Assembly: GCA_003208875.1 (NCBI GenBank)
Contig: QCUR01000002.1
Coordinates: forward strand, 160,001 to 224,000
Origin: Prochlorococcus sp. AG-679-M23
GTDB taxonomy: Bacteria; Cyanobacteriota; Cyanobacteriia; PCC-6307; Cyanobiaceae
Length of the DNA stretch: 64,000 nt
Direction of reading: 5' to 3'
Shown: positions 52,736 through 63,845 of the stretch, in pieces
Position numbering within the stretch: position 1 is the first letter of the stretch
Layout: the number at the start of each line of letters is the position of its first letter
Made by a program: the position numbers and the translations under genes
The notes under the pieces: generated by a model
Databases searched by the model: none
Seen by the model: the letters and a program-made list of their open reading frames with translations, nothing else
What the model was told of the DNA's origin: nothing

Positions 52736-52937
52736 CGTTTTAATACATATATTTTTAACTGTATCAAATACTTTAGAAAAAAACACTTTATAGAACATTA
52801 TTTTGTAATAAAAAAAAGGTTTTAACTTATTAAGAAATAGATAATATTGTTTTATAACTGTAGTTAAAAGAACGTTCTGAATATTGTACTAGTTTATGTT
52901 ATTAGAACGTTTTGCTTATTGCGTAACTAGTTTTTGT
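52700..52937. repeat. Cluster of AACGTT-centred palindromes and an imperfect direct repeat
   Basis: Perfect 22-bp palindrome 52700-52721; AACGTT at 52708, 52734, 52871, 52906; direct-repeat units 52869-52899 and 52904-52937. Confidence 0.7.
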
Positions 52938-53058
52938 GGGAAACTGTTTAAAAAAATGCCAAATTTTTTTCTAAAAGTAATTTTTAAATTTCTTCTAGAT
53001 TTAATTAGAAATTTAATCTCTTTAGTGAAGTAAATAAAAATAGTAAAGTTAAATTATT

Positions 53059-53991
53059 TTGATTAAAATTAGAGATGATTGGATTGAAATAATTAATTTG
53101 ACTAATATTTCCAAAAATGCAGTTACGAAGCCTGACTGGTTAAGAGTAAAAGCACCTCAAGTTGAGAGAATAGGTAATACTGCCAATTTGTTGAGTGATT
53201 TAAAATTAAACACTGTATGTCAAGAAGCAAGTTGTCCCAATATTGGCGAATGTTTTGCTAGTGGAACTGCAACTTTTTTAATTATGGGCCCAGGCTGCAC
53301 GAGAGCATGTCCATATTGCGATATTGATTTTGATAGATCTAAGAGAGATTTAGACCCAACAGAACCAGATCGTTTAGCAGAGGCTGTTTTTAGAATGAAA
53401 CTTAAACATGTTGTGATTACCTCTGTTAATAGAGATGATTTAGATGATGGTGGAGCTTCGCAGTTTTATAAATGTGTTTCGGAAGTTAGAAAAAAATCCC
53501 CTGAAACAACTATTGAATTATTAATTCCAGATTTATGTGGCAATTGGTCAGCACTTGAAAAGATTTTAGATTCTAGACCAAATGTTTTAAATCATAATAT
53601 TGAAACTGTCTCAGCTTTGTACAGGAAAGTAAGGCCACAAGGAAACTATCAAAGAACTTTAGAGTTACTTAAAAGAACGAGAGAATATTTCCCAAGTGTT
53701 TATACTAAATCTGGATTTATGTTGGGATTAGGAGAAAAGGATGATGAAGTTCTTACTCTTCTTATGGATTTAAGAAAAAATGATGTAGATATAGTTACTA
53801 TTGGTCAATATTTATCTCCAGGTCCAAAACATCTTCAGGTTCAAAGATTTGTTACCCCTTCAAAATTTAATTATTTTAAATTATTTGGAGAAAATGAATT
53901 AGGGTTTATGCAAGTTGTCAGTTCTCCTTTAACTCGTAGTAGTTATCATGCTGAAGAGATTCAGAAACTCATGAAAAAGTTTCCAAGATAA
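53059..53991 (+). CDS. lipA: Lipoyl synthase (true start may be TTG 53098)
   Basis: [26 protein letters not shown] (radical SAM), RSSYHA. Confidence 0.96.
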   Translation: MIKIRDDWIEIINLTNISKNAVTKPDWLRVKAPQVERIGNTANLLSDLKLNTVCQEASCPNIGECFASGTATFLIMGPGCTRACPYCDIDFDRSKRDLDPTEPDRLAEAVFRMKLKHVVITSVNRDDLDDGGASQFYKCVSEVRKKSPETTIELLIPDLCGNWSALEKILDSRPNVLNHNIETVSALYRKVRPQGNYQRTLELLKRTREYFPSVYTKSGFMLGLGEKDDEVLTLLMDLRKNDVDIVTIGQYLSPGPKHLQVQRFVTPSKFNYFKLFGENELGFMQVVSSPLTRSSYHAEEIQKLMKKFPR

Positions 53992-54000
53992 TTAAATTAT

Positions 54001-54294
54001 CTATTGATTAATATTAATCCATTCATTTAATTTCCATTCGACAATATTATTTTTTATCATCGGATCTTTTTTTATAATTTCTAAGGCTTCTTTATACGTT
54101 CCAATTTCAAGAATTAGTAACCCACCAGCTCCTGATTGTTTGAATTCATCCACCAGAAACCCACTTTTGATATTTATTCCTTTTTTCTTTAAATTTTCTA
54201 TCCATTTGATATGTTCATTGATTATTTTCTTTCTTATATCTTTTTGAATTAAGTATTCTTTTTTTATGAGTTCAGTTTTTATAAAAATAGGCAT
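54001..54294 (-). CDS. YciI-family protein
   Basis: EHIKWI, SGFLVD, GGLLIL, DPM pattern typical of YciI. Confidence 0.75.
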   Translation of the reverse strand: MPIFIKTELIKKEYLIQKDIRKKIINEHIKWIENLKKKGINIKSGFLVDEFKQSGAGGLLILEIGTYKEALEIIKKDPMIKNNIVEWKLNEWININQ

Positions 54295-54297
54295 TCA

Positions 54298-57200
54298 TTA
54301 ACTTAATATACCGAGCATTTCTTCTTCGCTTGGAGGAACAACTATTTTAAAAATTCCCTTAAAATTAGACCAATTATTGATTATTTTGGATGCTTTTAGA
54401 CTCTTTGTTTTTTCTTGATATTCACTAAGAATTCCTAATAAAATCTCTTCTTGCTTGAGGTTAGTTATTTTATGGATACTAACTATTTCCTTATTCACTT
54501 TATTTTCTAAATCATTATTTTCATCAAGTATATAAGCTATTCCACCAGTCATTCCTGCTCCAATATTTCTTCCTGTTGAACCTAAAATTACTATCTTGCC
54601 ACCAGTCATATATTCACAACAATGGTCGCCCGAACCTTCTGTGACTGCAGTAGCTCCACTATTTCTAACAGCAAATCTTTCTCCGGATTTACCTAAAGCA
54701 AATAACTTGCCTCCTGTTGCTCCATAAAGACAGGTATTACCCAATATTACTTGCTCTGAAGATTTCTCATCTACTTGGGGAGGAACAATAGTAAGTACAC
54801 CTCCATTCATTCCTTTGCAAACATAATCATTAGCTTCTCCAATTAATTGGATATGCATTCCTTTTAATAAAAAAGCACCAAAACTTTGTCCTGCGTATCC
54901 TTTGAAATTGAGAATTAGTTCACCATTAAATCCATTATTTCCATAAAGTTCCGCAATTTCGCCTGATATTTTTGCACATACACTTCTGTCAGTGTTCTTG
55001 ATTTCTATTTCTTTAATTAATTTTCCATGATTCTTAATAGAATTCATGAATTCATTATCAGACAAAAATTGATCCTCTAATACATATCCATTAGTATGAG
55101 CAGTCTTAGAATGCTTTAACCATGACCTATCTTTATTTTGAGTCCCTTTTTTAATTAGAGAACTAAGATCAATATTTGCAGTTTTTGGAAGTTTAATATC
55201 TCTTGCTGTTAGAAATTCCTGATTGCCAATCAAGTCCTCCATACTAGATACTCCAATGCTACTCATTATTTGTCTTATCTCTTCAGCAATATATAAGAAA
55301 AAGTTCACGACATTTTCAGGTAAACCTTTAAACCTTTTTCTTAATTCTTCTTTTTGAGTAGCTACACCCACAGGACATTTGTTTGTATGACAAACACGCG
55401 CCATTATGCAGCCTTCAGCAATCATTGCTACTGAACCAAAGCCAAATTCTTCCGCACCTAAAATAGCTGCGATTACAACATCCCATCCTGTTTTAAGTCC
55501 GCCATCAGTTCTTAAAAGTACTCTCTCTCTAAGATTATTTTCCATAAGGGATTTATGGACTTCTGCAACACCTAATTCCCACGGTAAACCAGCATGTTTA
55601 ATAGAACTTAGAGGGGAAGCCCCAGTACCTCCATCATGCCCGGAAATTTGTATTACATCAGCATTCGCTTTGCTAACTCCAGCAGCGATAGTACCTATCC
55701 CAATTTCAGAAACGAGCTTTACACTGACCTTCGCTCTTGGATGAACTTGGTGCAAGTCATGAATTAACTGAGCCAAGTCTTCAATAGAGTAAATATCATG
55801 ATGTGGGGGTGGAGATATTAAGGCTACTCCTGGTTTGCTGTTTCTTAGCTTTGCAATATATGAATCAACTTTTGGTCCTGGTAATTGGCCACCTTCCCCT
55901 GGCTTAGCTCCTTGAGCCATTTTTATTTCAAGTTGCTTCCCACTTCTTAGATATTCTGGAGTAACCCCAAATCTTCCAGAGGCTATTTGTTTAATAGCTG
56001 AGCAAGCAGTATCCCCATTTTCTAGGCCTTTTATAGATGGTAATATTGCCGATTGAGTATTTTCATCAATATCATTCAATACATTAAAACGAGCTGGATC
56101 TTCTCCTCCTTCCCCGCTATTACTTTTCCCACCAATTCTATTCATTGCAACAGCCAACACTTCATGAGCTTCTCTTGATAATGCTCCTAAACTCATTCCT
56201 CCAGTACAAAACCTTTTACATATTGATTCAACACTTTCAACCTCATCTATCGGGATACTTTTTCTTGTCGAGTTAATTGACAGTAAATCTCTTAATGAAG
56301 TGACAGGTCTATTTCGAATAAGTGTTTTATAAGTCTCGAAATGATCGTATCCTGGTCCTTGCTTTAGGGCAGAATGTAAAACCTTTGACATTTCAGGATT
56401 ATTAGAGTGATATTCGCCATTATTTCTAAACTGAACAAATCCTAGAAACTCTAATTTTTTTAAATCTATTTCTGGAAAGGCTTTGGTATGAATTGAGAGT
56501 GATTCATTTGCAAGTTCTTTTAGTGTGATCCCTGCAATTCGACTTGTTGTTCCATCGAAAGCTATTTTAATTAAGTCAGAGCCAAGACCTACAGCTTCAA
56601 ATATTTGAGCACCATGATAACTAGATAAAAGGGAAATCCCTATTTTTGAAAGTATTTTTCTTAATCCATCTTCTAAAGCTTTTTTGATATTTTCCTGAAC
56701 GTCATTGATTGATAGTGGATTGATTTTCTTTGTAGCAATAAGCTTTTGAGTTTTTGGATGTTGTAACCAATGTCTTCCAGATTCAAATGTTAACCAAGGG
56801 CATACAGCACTAACTCCATAACCAATTAAACATGCTAGGTGATGCGTGCTCCAACATTGACCAGTTTCAATTATTAGCGAGGCTTTTAATCTTATTTCTT
56901 TTTTAAGAAGATAATGATGAATTGCACCTACAGCTAATAAAGGAGGAATAAAACTTTGTTTGGAACTGACTCCTTTGTCAGAAATGATTATTAAAGAGCA
57001 GCCTTCTTTTATTGCATTCTCGCTTACTTTACAAATATCATCTAACTTTGCTTCAAATCCTTTATTTCCTTCCTCAATATTAAATAAACTTGAAATAGTT
57101 TTCGATTTAATTTCTGATTCTTTTAATGAAATTAATTCTTGTTCATTAATAATTGGACTTTTTAAATGAATAAAAGGCTTAATATCATTAGATTCGAAGG

Positions 57201-58869
57201 GAGAGCATCTTTCACCTAAATGCATCTCTAAACTCATTACTAATTTTTCTCTTAAAGGATCTATAGGAGGATTAGTAACTTGTGCAAATCTTTGTTTGAA
57301 GTAGTCGTATAAAATATGAGGTTTAGAAGAGAGCACTGCTAATGGTATATCGTCACCCATACAATATGTTGGCTCCTTAGAAAGAGAAGCCATTGAATCA
57401 AGAATGAGATCATTGTCTTCTGAGGAAAAACCAAAAGCAGTTTGCTGTTGGAGCAATTCAAAATCTTTTAAATTACAAGTATTGGACCATTCATTATTTT
57501 TGAGTGTTACAGTTCTTTTTTGTATCAGTTTTTTATAATTTTTTCTTTTGGCAGCTTCTGCTTTAACTTCCCAATTTCTTAAAATTTTGTTCTGAGAAAG
57601 ATCTACTGCGAGCATTTGGCCTGGCCCTAAACGTCCTTTTTCTATAACTCTGTTTTCTTCAATATCCACTACCCCTGTCTCTGAACCCATTATCACAAAA
57701 CCATCATTGGTAATTGAATATCTAGCAGGTCTTAATCCATTCCTATCAAGTGTCGCTCCAACATAGTTTCCATCTGCAAATACTAATAGAGCAGGACCGT
57801 CCCAGGCTTCTTGGAGAGTAGCTGAATATTCATAAAAAGCCTTAATATCCTCTCTGCTTTCAAGTTCTGGTTGATCTCGAAATGCTTCTGGAACAAGTTT
57901 CAATAAGGAATCAGTTATTGGTTTCCCTGAACGAATGTTAATTTCTAGTGTTGCGTCAAGATTTGATGAATCACTTTTGTTCTTATCTACTATTGGCTTA
58001 ATATCACCAGACAACTCTCCCCAGTACTCATCAATATGTGTTTCTGATGCTTTCGCCCAATTGATATTACCCAAAAGGGTATTAATTTCTCCATTATGAC
58101 CCAAAAATCTCATTGGCTGAGCAAGAGGCCATTTTGGTAAGGTATTTGTGCTAAATCTTCGATGGTAAACAGAAAAAGAGACTTTAAAATCTTCTTTCTT
58201 TAAGTCTTTATAAAATTCTGATAAAACTTCAGATCTAACCATACCTTTATAAACAACAGTTTGAGAACTAAGTGATGCGAAATAAAATTCGCATTCACCG
58301 ATAGCATTTTTTGTATTATCTCTTATTCTTTTTTCGATTCTTTTTCTTAGTTGAAATAAGAGCATCTCAATATCTCTACTATCATCTTTTTCTAAGCAGA
58401 CGATCCATTGGTTTATATATGGTGCGTTTGCTTTTGCTAAAACTCCTAATGTTTCATTTTTAGTAGGTACATTTCTCCAAAATGTTTCTTTAAAATTTAA
58501 TTCTTTAGCTTCTTCATCGCATATAAGTTTTGATTCTTTAACTTTTAATTCATTATTGGGCATGAAAATCATGCCTAAACCTCGTTTTTCGTAGTTTTCA
58601 GTATTTAAATTTAATTCTCTATCTAAAAATTCCCATGGAATTGAACATAAAATTCCTGCCCCATCACCAGAATCACTATCTCCTCCGCATCCTCCTCTAT
58701 GCTCCATACAATTAAGACCTTTTAAAGATTGCTTCAATATCCAATTACTTTCTTTGCCATCAATATTTGCTATGAAACCAACACCACAAGCATCTTTCTC
58801 TCCAATAATTCCATTTGGAGAATAACTATCTTGATATGGCTCGTTGCTTCTTTTGATACTCCCTCGCAT
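54298..58869 (-). CDS. glsF: Ferredoxin-dependent glutamate synthase (Fd-GOGAT)
   Basis: DACGVGF (Ntn Cys), HRRFSTNT, QGAKPGEGG, CIMARVCHTNKCPVG (3Fe-4S); no gltD small subunit adjacent. Confidence 0.95.
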   Translation of the reverse strand: MRGSIKRSNEPYQDSYSPNGIIGEKDACGVGFIANIDGKESNWILKQSLKGLNCMEHRGGCGGDSDSGDGAGILCSIPWEFLDRELNLNTENYEKRGLGMIFMPNNELKVKESKLICDEEAKELNFKETFWRNVPTKNETLGVLAKANAPYINQWIVCLEKDDSRDIEMLLFQLRKRIEKRIRDNTKNAIGECEFYFASLSSQTVVYKGMVRSEVLSEFYKDLKKEDFKVSFSVYHRRFSTNTLPKWPLAQPMRFLGHNGEINTLLGNINWAKASETHIDEYWGELSGDIKPIVDKNKSDSSNLDATLEINIRSGKPITDSLLKLVPEAFRDQPELESREDIKAFYEYSATLQEAWDGPALLVFADGNYVGATLDRNGLRPARYSITNDGFVIMGSETGVVDIEENRVIEKGRLGPGQMLAVDLSQNKILRNWEVKAEAAKRKNYKKLIQKRTVTLKNNEWSNTCNLKDFELLQQQTAFGFSSEDNDLILDSMASLSKEPTYCMGDDIPLAVLSSKPHILYDYFKQRFAQVTNPPIDPLREKLVMSLEMHLGERCSPFESNDIKPFIHLKSPIINEQELISLKESEIKSKTISSLFNIEEGNKGFEAKLDDICKVSENAIKEGCSLIIISDKGVSSKQSFIPPLLAVGAIHHYLLKKEIRLKASLIIETGQCWSTHHLACLIGYGVSAVCPWLTFESGRHWLQHPKTQKLIATKKINPLSINDVQENIKKALEDGLRKILSKIGISLLSSYHGAQIFEAVGLGSDLIKIAFDGTTSRIAGITLKELANESLSIHTKAFPEIDLKKLEFLGFVQFRNNGEYHSNNPEMSKVLHSALKQGPGYDHFETYKTLIRNRPVTSLRDLLSINSTRKSIPIDEVESVESICKRFCTGGMSLGALSREAHEVLAVAMNRIGGKSNSGEGGEDPARFNVLNDIDENTQSAILPSIKGLENGDTACSAIKQIASGRFGVTPEYLRSGKQLEIKMAQGAKPGEGGQLPGPKVDSYIAKLRNSKPGVALISPPPHHDIYSIEDLAQLIHDLHQVHPRAKVSVKLVSEIGIGTIAAGVSKANADVIQISGHDGGTGASPLSSIKHAGLPWELGVAEVHKSLMENNLRERVLLRTDGGLKTGWDVVIAAILGAEEFGFGSVAMIAEGCIMARVCHTNKCPVGVATQKEELRKRFKGLPENVVNFFLYIAEEIRQIMSSIGVSSMEDLIGNQEFLTARDIKLPKTANIDLSSLIKKGTQNKDRSWLKHSKTAHTNGYVLEDQFLSDNEFMNSIKNHGKLIKEIEIKNTDRSVCAKISGEIAELYGNNGFNGELILNFKGYAGQSFGAFLLKGMHIQLIGEANDYVCKGMNGGVLTIVPPQVDEKSSEQVILGNTCLYGATGGKLFALGKSGERFAVRNSGATAVTEGSGDHCCEYMTGGKIVILGSTGRNIGAGMTGGIAYILDENNDLENKVNKEIVSIHKITNLKQEEILLGILSEYQEKTKSLKASKIINNWSNFKGIFKIVVPPSEEEMLGILS

Positions 58870-59062
58870 AGATTATTTAACTATATAAGATAATTTATTT
58901 ATTTCTATTATAAAAATGAATTTCAAAATACAAAGCAAAAATAATGAAGAATTACTAAACAAATTAAAATTTTATTTATAAATCAAAAAAATTCAAAAAT
59001 GCTTTAGATATGACTCGTAAAAGGTTATGATGTTTTGATATGTATTTTATCTATTAATATAG

Positions 59063-59440
59063 ATGCCGACCATTTCCCAATTAATTGGATCAGAAAGAAA
59101 ACGTCTGACACGAAAAACAAAATCTCCTGCACTTAAATCTTGTCCAGAGAGAAGAGGAGTATGTACAAGAGTTTATACATCTACTCCTAAGAAACCTAAT
59201 TCTGCCTTAAGAAAAGTTGCCAGAGTTAGATTAACTTCTGGTTTTGAAGTTACCGCATATATTCCAGGAATCGGACATAATTTACAGGAACACTCTGTAG
59301 TCCTACTCAGGGGTGGAAGAGTTAAAGATCTGCCGGGGGTAAGATACCATATAATAAGAGGAACTTTAGATACTGCAGGAGTCAAAGATAGACGTCAATC
59401 CAGGTCTAAATATGGTGCAAAAGCTCCTAAAAATGATTAA
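59063..59440 (+). CDS. rpsL: 30S ribosomal protein S12
   Basis: [21 protein letters not shown]. Confidence 0.99.
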   Translation: MPTISQLIGSERKRLTRKTKSPALKSCPERRGVCTRVYTSTPKKPNSALRKVARVRLTSGFEVTAYIPGIGHNLQEHSVVLLRGGRVKDLPGVRYHIIRGTLDTAGVKDRRQSRSKYGAKAPKND

Positions 59441-59466
59441 TTTTTTAACTTCAATTCTTTTCTAAA

Positions 59467-59937
59467 ATGTCACGTCGTAATGCAGCAGTAAAAAGACCAG
59501 TTTTACCAGACCCCCAATTTAATAGTCGTCTTGCCTCAATGATGATTTCTAGATTGATGAAACATGGTAAAAAATCTACTGCACAAAAAATACTATCAGA
59601 TGCTTTTTCTCTAATCAGTGAAAGAACAGGTGGAAATGCTGTGGAGTTATTTGAAACAGCCGTAAAGAATGCAACCCCATTGGTAGAGGTAAGAGCTAGA
59701 AGAGTTGGAGGTGCAACCTATCAAGTTCCTATGGAAGTTCGTCAAGAGAGAGGAACTGCTATGGCATTAAGATGGCTGGTTACCTTTTCAAGAGGAAGAA
59801 ATGGAAAGAGTATGTCGCAAAAGTTAGCAGGTGAATTAATGGATGCAGCTAATGAAACTGGCAGCGCAGTTAAGAAGAGAGAAGATACTCATAAAATGGC
59901 AGAAGCTAATAAAGCTTTTGCTCACTACAGATACTAA
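59467..59937 (+). CDS. rpsG: 30S ribosomal protein S7
   Basis: [24 protein letters not shown]. Confidence 0.99.
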
Positions 59938-60041
59938 TTTCGACCCAAAATGGTCCTTATTTAGTTTATTATTAAACAAAAGTTTATTTGATTAAATAAA
60001 CTGTTGCTATTTAGCAATTCATTCTATTTGGAGTTTTAACA

Positions 60042-62117
60042 TTGGCACGCGACTTTCCCCTTGAACGAGTAAGGAATATAGGTATAGCCGCTCATATTGA
60101 CGCTGGTAAAACAACTACTACTGAGAGAATTCTTTTTTATTCAGGGGTTGTTCATAAAATCGGAGAAGTACATGATGGTGCTGCCGTAACAGATTGGATG
60201 GCTCAAGAAAGAGAAAGAGGAATTACTATTACAGCTGCTGCTATCTCTACAAGTTGGCAAGATCATAGAATTAATATTATTGATACTCCAGGTCACGTTG
60301 ACTTCACAATTGAAGTTGAAAGATCAATGAGAGTTTTAGATGGTGTTATAGCTGTGTTTTGTGCGGTAGGAGGAGTTCAGCCACAATCAGAGACTGTTTG
60401 GAGACAAGCTGATAGATACTCTGTTCCAAGGATGGTTTTCGTCAATAAGATGGATAGAACAGGCGCAGACTTCCTAAAGGTTAATCAACAAATTAAAGAT
60501 CGTCTTAAAGCAAATGCTTTTCCTATTCAACTTCCAATAGGAGCTGAAGGTGATCTTTCAGGAATTATTGATTTAGTAAGTAACAAGGCTTATTTATACA
60601 AAAATGATTTAGGAACTGATATTGAGGAAGCTCCAATACCAGATGACATGAAAGACGAGGCATTGGAATGGAGAAGCAAATTAATGGAAAGTGTCGCAGA
60701 AAATGATGAAGAATTAATTGAAATATTTTTGGATAAGGGAGAATTAACTGAAGATCAATTAAAAAAAGGGATTAGAGAAGGAGTTCTCAAACATGGTTTA
60801 GTTCCTGTTTTATGTGGATCAGCCTTTAAAAATAAAGGGGTTCAATTAGTTCTCGATGCAGTAGTTGATTATTTACCAGCTCCAATAGATGTAAAACCAA
60901 TTCAAGGTGTTTTACCAAATGGTAAAGAAGATGTTAGACCTTCGGATGATAATGCTCCTTTCAGTGCACTTGCTTTCAAAGTCATGTCTGATCCTTATGG
61001 AAAACTAACTTTTGTAAGAATGTATTCTGGAGTACTTTCTAAAGGAAGTTATGTTATGAATTCAACTAAGGATGCTAAAGAGAGAATTTCAAGGTTAGTT
61101 ATCTTAAAAGCAGATGAAAGAGAAGAAGTTGATGAATTAAGAGCAGGAGATTTAGGAGCTGTATTGGGATTGAAGAATACAACAACAGGTGATACCTTAT
61201 GTAATACCGATGACCCAATAGTTCTAGAAACTTTATTTATCCCCGAACCTGTTATCTCAGTGGCTGTAGAACCAAAAACTAAAGGAGATATGGAGAAACT
61301 TTCTAAGGCCTTACAAGCCTTGTCTGAAGAAGATCCAACCTTTAGGGTAAGTACAGATCAAGAGACTAATCAGACTGTAATAGCCGGCATGGGGGAACTA
61401 CATCTTGAAATTCTTGTAGACAGAATGTTGAGAGAGTTCAAAGTTGAGGCAAATATAGGCGCCCCTCAGGTTTCTTATAGAGAAACAATTAGATCGAGTT
61501 CCAAGGGTGAAGGTAAATATGCAAGACAAACAGGAGGTAAAGGACAATATGGACATGTAGTTATTGAAATGGAACCTGCCGAAGTCGGCAAAGGGTTTGA
61601 ATTTGTTAACAAAATCGTGGGTGGAACTGTACCAAAAGAATATATTGGACCAGCCTCAAATGGAATGAAAGAAACCTGTGAATCAGGGGTTCTTGCCGGT
61701 TATCCGCTGATTGATGTAAAAGTAACACTAGTCGATGGTTCGTTCCACGATGTAGACTCATCTGAAATGGCCTTCAAAATTGCAGGTTCAATGGCTTTTA
61801 AAGATGGGGTTAAAAAATGCAATCCTGTCCTCTTAGAGCCTATGATGAAAGTCGAGGTCGAAAGTCCTGATGATTTTCTTGGATCTGTAATTGGCGATCT
61901 TTCTTCAAGGAGAGGTCAAGTCGAAGGACAATCTGTCGATGATGGATTGTCTAAAGTACAGGCCAAAGTGCCCTTAGCCGAAATGTTCGGTTATGCCACT
62001 CAACTCCGATCAATGACTCAAGGTCGGGGCATATTTTCAATGGAGTTCGCAAATTATGAGGAAGTTCCTCGTAACGTTGCTGAAGCTATCATTTCCAAGA
62101 ATCAGGGCAACTCCTGA
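60042..62117 (+). CDS. fusA: Elongation factor G
   Basis: [28 protein letters not shown] start with GGAG SD. Confidence 0.99.
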   Translation: MARDFPLERVRNIGIAAHIDAGKTTTTERILFYSGVVHKIGEVHDGAAVTDWMAQERERGITITAAAISTSWQDHRINIIDTPGHVDFTIEVERSMRVLDGVIAVFCAVGGVQPQSETVWRQADRYSVPRMVFVNKMDRTGADFLKVNQQIKDRLKANAFPIQLPIGAEGDLSGIIDLVSNKAYLYKNDLGTDIEEAPIPDDMKDEALEWRSKLMESVAENDEELIEIFLDKGELTEDQLKKGIREGVLKHGLVPVLCGSAFKNKGVQLVLDAVVDYLPAPIDVKPIQGVLPNGKEDVRPSDDNAPFSALAFKVMSDPYGKLTFVRMYSGVLSKGSYVMNSTKDAKERISRLVILKADEREEVDELRAGDLGAVLGLKNTTTGDTLCNTDDPIVLETLFIPEPVISVAVEPKTKGDMEKLSKALQALSEEDPTFRVSTDQETNQTVIAGMGELHLEILVDRMLREFKVEANIGAPQVSYRETIRSSSKGEGKYARQTGGKGQYGHVVIEMEPAEVGKGFEFVNKIVGGTVPKEYIGPASNGMKETCESGVLAGYPLIDVKVTLVDGSFHDVDSSEMAFKIAGSMAFKDGVKKCNPVLLEPMMKVEVESPDDFLGSVIGDLSSRRGQVEGQSVDDGLSKVQAKVPLAEMFGYATQLRSMTQGRGIFSMEFANYEEVPRNVAEAIISKNQGNS

Positions 62118-62160
62118 TCTCTAAACTAAACACTCTTTAACCCTCGATTCTTTAATTCAA

Positions 62161-63360
62161 ATGGCTCGCGAGAAGTTCGAAAGGAACAAACCACATGTCA
62201 ACATAGGTACTATTGGCCACGTTGATCATGGAAAAACAACCCTGACTGCCGCTATTACTAATGTTTTAGCTAAAAAAGGTCAAGCACAAGCTCAAGACTA
62301 TGGAGACATCGATGGTGCTCCAGAGGAAAGAGAGCGTGGTATTACAATTAATACTGCACACGTTGAATACGAAACAGCCGACAGACATTATGCTCACGTT
62401 GACTGTCCAGGTCACGCTGATTATGTGAAAAACATGATCACTGGTGCAGCTCAAATGGATGGTGCAATTTTAGTTTGTGCAGCAACAGATGGTCCTATGG
62501 CTCAAACAAAAGAACACATTCTTTTAGCAAAACAAGTTGGAGTCCCTGCTTTGGTTGTTGCTTTGAATAAATGTGACATGGTAGATGATGAAGAAATCAT
62601 TGAACTTGTTGAAATGGAAATCAGAGAACTTCTTGATAGTTATGATTTTCCTGGTGATGATATACCCATCGTTCAAGTTTCAGGTCTAAAAGCTTTAGAA
62701 GGAGATTCTACTTGGGAATCTAAAATTGAAGAATTAATGACTGCCGTTGACGCTAGTATTCCTGAACCTGAAAGAGAAATAGACAAGCCATTTTTGATGG
62801 CAGTTGAAGATGTATTTTCTATCACAGGTAGAGGAACAGTTGCTACTGGAAGAATAGAGAGAGGAAAAGTTAAAGTTGGGGAAGAAGTTGAAATAGTTGG
62901 AATTAGAGATACAAGATTGACTACTGTCACTGGCGTTGAAATGTTCCGTAAACTTCTTGATGAAGGTATGGCTGGAGATAATGTTGGACTACTTTTACGT
63001 GGTGTTCAGAAAGAAGATATCGAAAGAGGTATGGTTCTTGTTAAAAAAGGTTCGATTACTCCTCATACGAAATTTGAAGGAGAGGTTTATGTACTTAAGA
63101 AAGAAGAGGGTGGAAGACATACTCCTTTCTTTGCTGGTTATAGACCACAATTTTATATAAGAACTACAGATGTAACTGGACAAATTACTGCATTCACATC
63201 CGATGATGGTGCCAATGTAGAAATGGTAATGCCAGGCGACAGGATAAAAATGACTGGGGAATTAATTTGTCCAGTTGCGATTGAACAAGGTATGCGCTTT
63301 GCTATTCGCGAAGGTGGCCGTACTATTGGAGCTGGTGTTGTTTCTAAAATTATTGAATAA
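62161..63360 (+). CDS. tuf: Elongation factor Tu
   Basis: [27 protein letters not shown]. Confidence 0.99.
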   Translation: MAREKFERNKPHVNIGTIGHVDHGKTTLTAAITNVLAKKGQAQAQDYGDIDGAPEERERGITINTAHVEYETADRHYAHVDCPGHADYVKNMITGAAQMDGAILVCAATDGPMAQTKEHILLAKQVGVPALVVALNKCDMVDDEEIIELVEMEIRELLDSYDFPGDDIPIVQVSGLKALEGDSTWESKIEELMTAVDASIPEPEREIDKPFLMAVEDVFSITGRGTVATGRIERGKVKVGEEVEIVGIRDTRLTTVTGVEMFRKLLDEGMAGDNVGLLLRGVQKEDIERGMVLVKKGSITPHTKFEGEVYVLKKEEGGRHTPFFAGYRPQFYIRTTDVTGQITAFTSDDGANVEMVMPGDRIKMTGELICPVAIEQGMRFAIREGGRTIGAGVVSKIIE

Positions 63361-63420
63361 TTTTCTTTAATTTTATAAAGTTAACCTTTGACAATCTAAA
63401 ATAGTTAAATAAATAGATAT

Positions 63421-63447
63421 GGGTTATTGAAAATCAGTAACCCCTTT
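63421..63447 (+). terminator. Stem-loop between tuf and rpsJ (weak terminator or RNA-stability element)
   Basis: GGGTTATTGA-AAA-TCAGTAACCC, 10-bp stem with one G-U pair, followed only by CTTT. Confidence 0.55.
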
Positions 63448-63469
63448 ATAAAGAGATTAATTTAAACTT

Positions 63470-63790
63470 ATGACAGCTTCACTAACTCAACAAAAAATAC
63501 GTATCAGATTGAAAGCTTTTGATAGAAGAATGCTTGATTTATCTTGTGACAAAATAATTCAAACCGCAGATACAACGGCGGCATCAGCTATCGGACCTAT
63601 TCCATTACCAACTAAAAGAAAAATTTATTGCGTTTTAAGATCGCCTCATGTAGATAAAGATTCTAGAGAGCATTTTGAGACCAGAACTCATAGAAGAATA
63701 ATTGATATTTATAATCCTTCTGCTAAAACTATAGATGCTTTAATGAAATTGGATCTTCCTAGTGGTGTAGACATAGAAGTTAAATTATAA
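63470..63790 (+). CDS. rpsJ: 30S ribosomal protein S10
   Basis: [31 protein letters not shown]. Confidence 0.99.
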   Translation: MTASLTQQKIRIRLKAFDRRMLDLSCDKIIQTADTTAASAIGPIPLPTKRKIYCVLRSPHVDKDSREHFETRTHRRIIDIYNPSAKTIDALMKLDLPSGVDIEVKL

Positions 63791-63845
63791 GATATCCCGA
63801 ATAGAACTTTATTTCACTAAAATATAAAAAACATTTGAGGTTTAA

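Noticed and set aside
51898..52798. Resolvase gene as the marker of a transposon or invertible element
   Set aside because: No transposase, terminal inverted repeats or cargo seen; catalytic residues missing; flanks are housekeeping genes
52869..52878. AGAACGTTCT as a LexA/Cheo box
   Set aside because: No spacer between half-sites, unlike GAAC-N4-GTTC or the recA box in this window
52860..52900. NtcA-like promoter for lipA (GTA-N8-AAC, then TATGTT 21 nt downstream)
   Set aside because: One mismatch in the conserved TAC half-site, and such matches are common in AT-rich DNA; kept only as an alternative explanation of the repeats
52869..52937. 35-bp-period repeat as a degenerate CRISPR array
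   Set aside because: Only two imperfect units, no unique spacers and no cas genes
41416..63183. Remaining short overlapping ORFs (41416, 42040, 46976, 50371, 51670, 55406, 56960, 59173, 62266, 62673, 62936, 62995)
   Set aside because: Antisense or alternative-frame ORFs nested in well-supported genes, with no independent evidence
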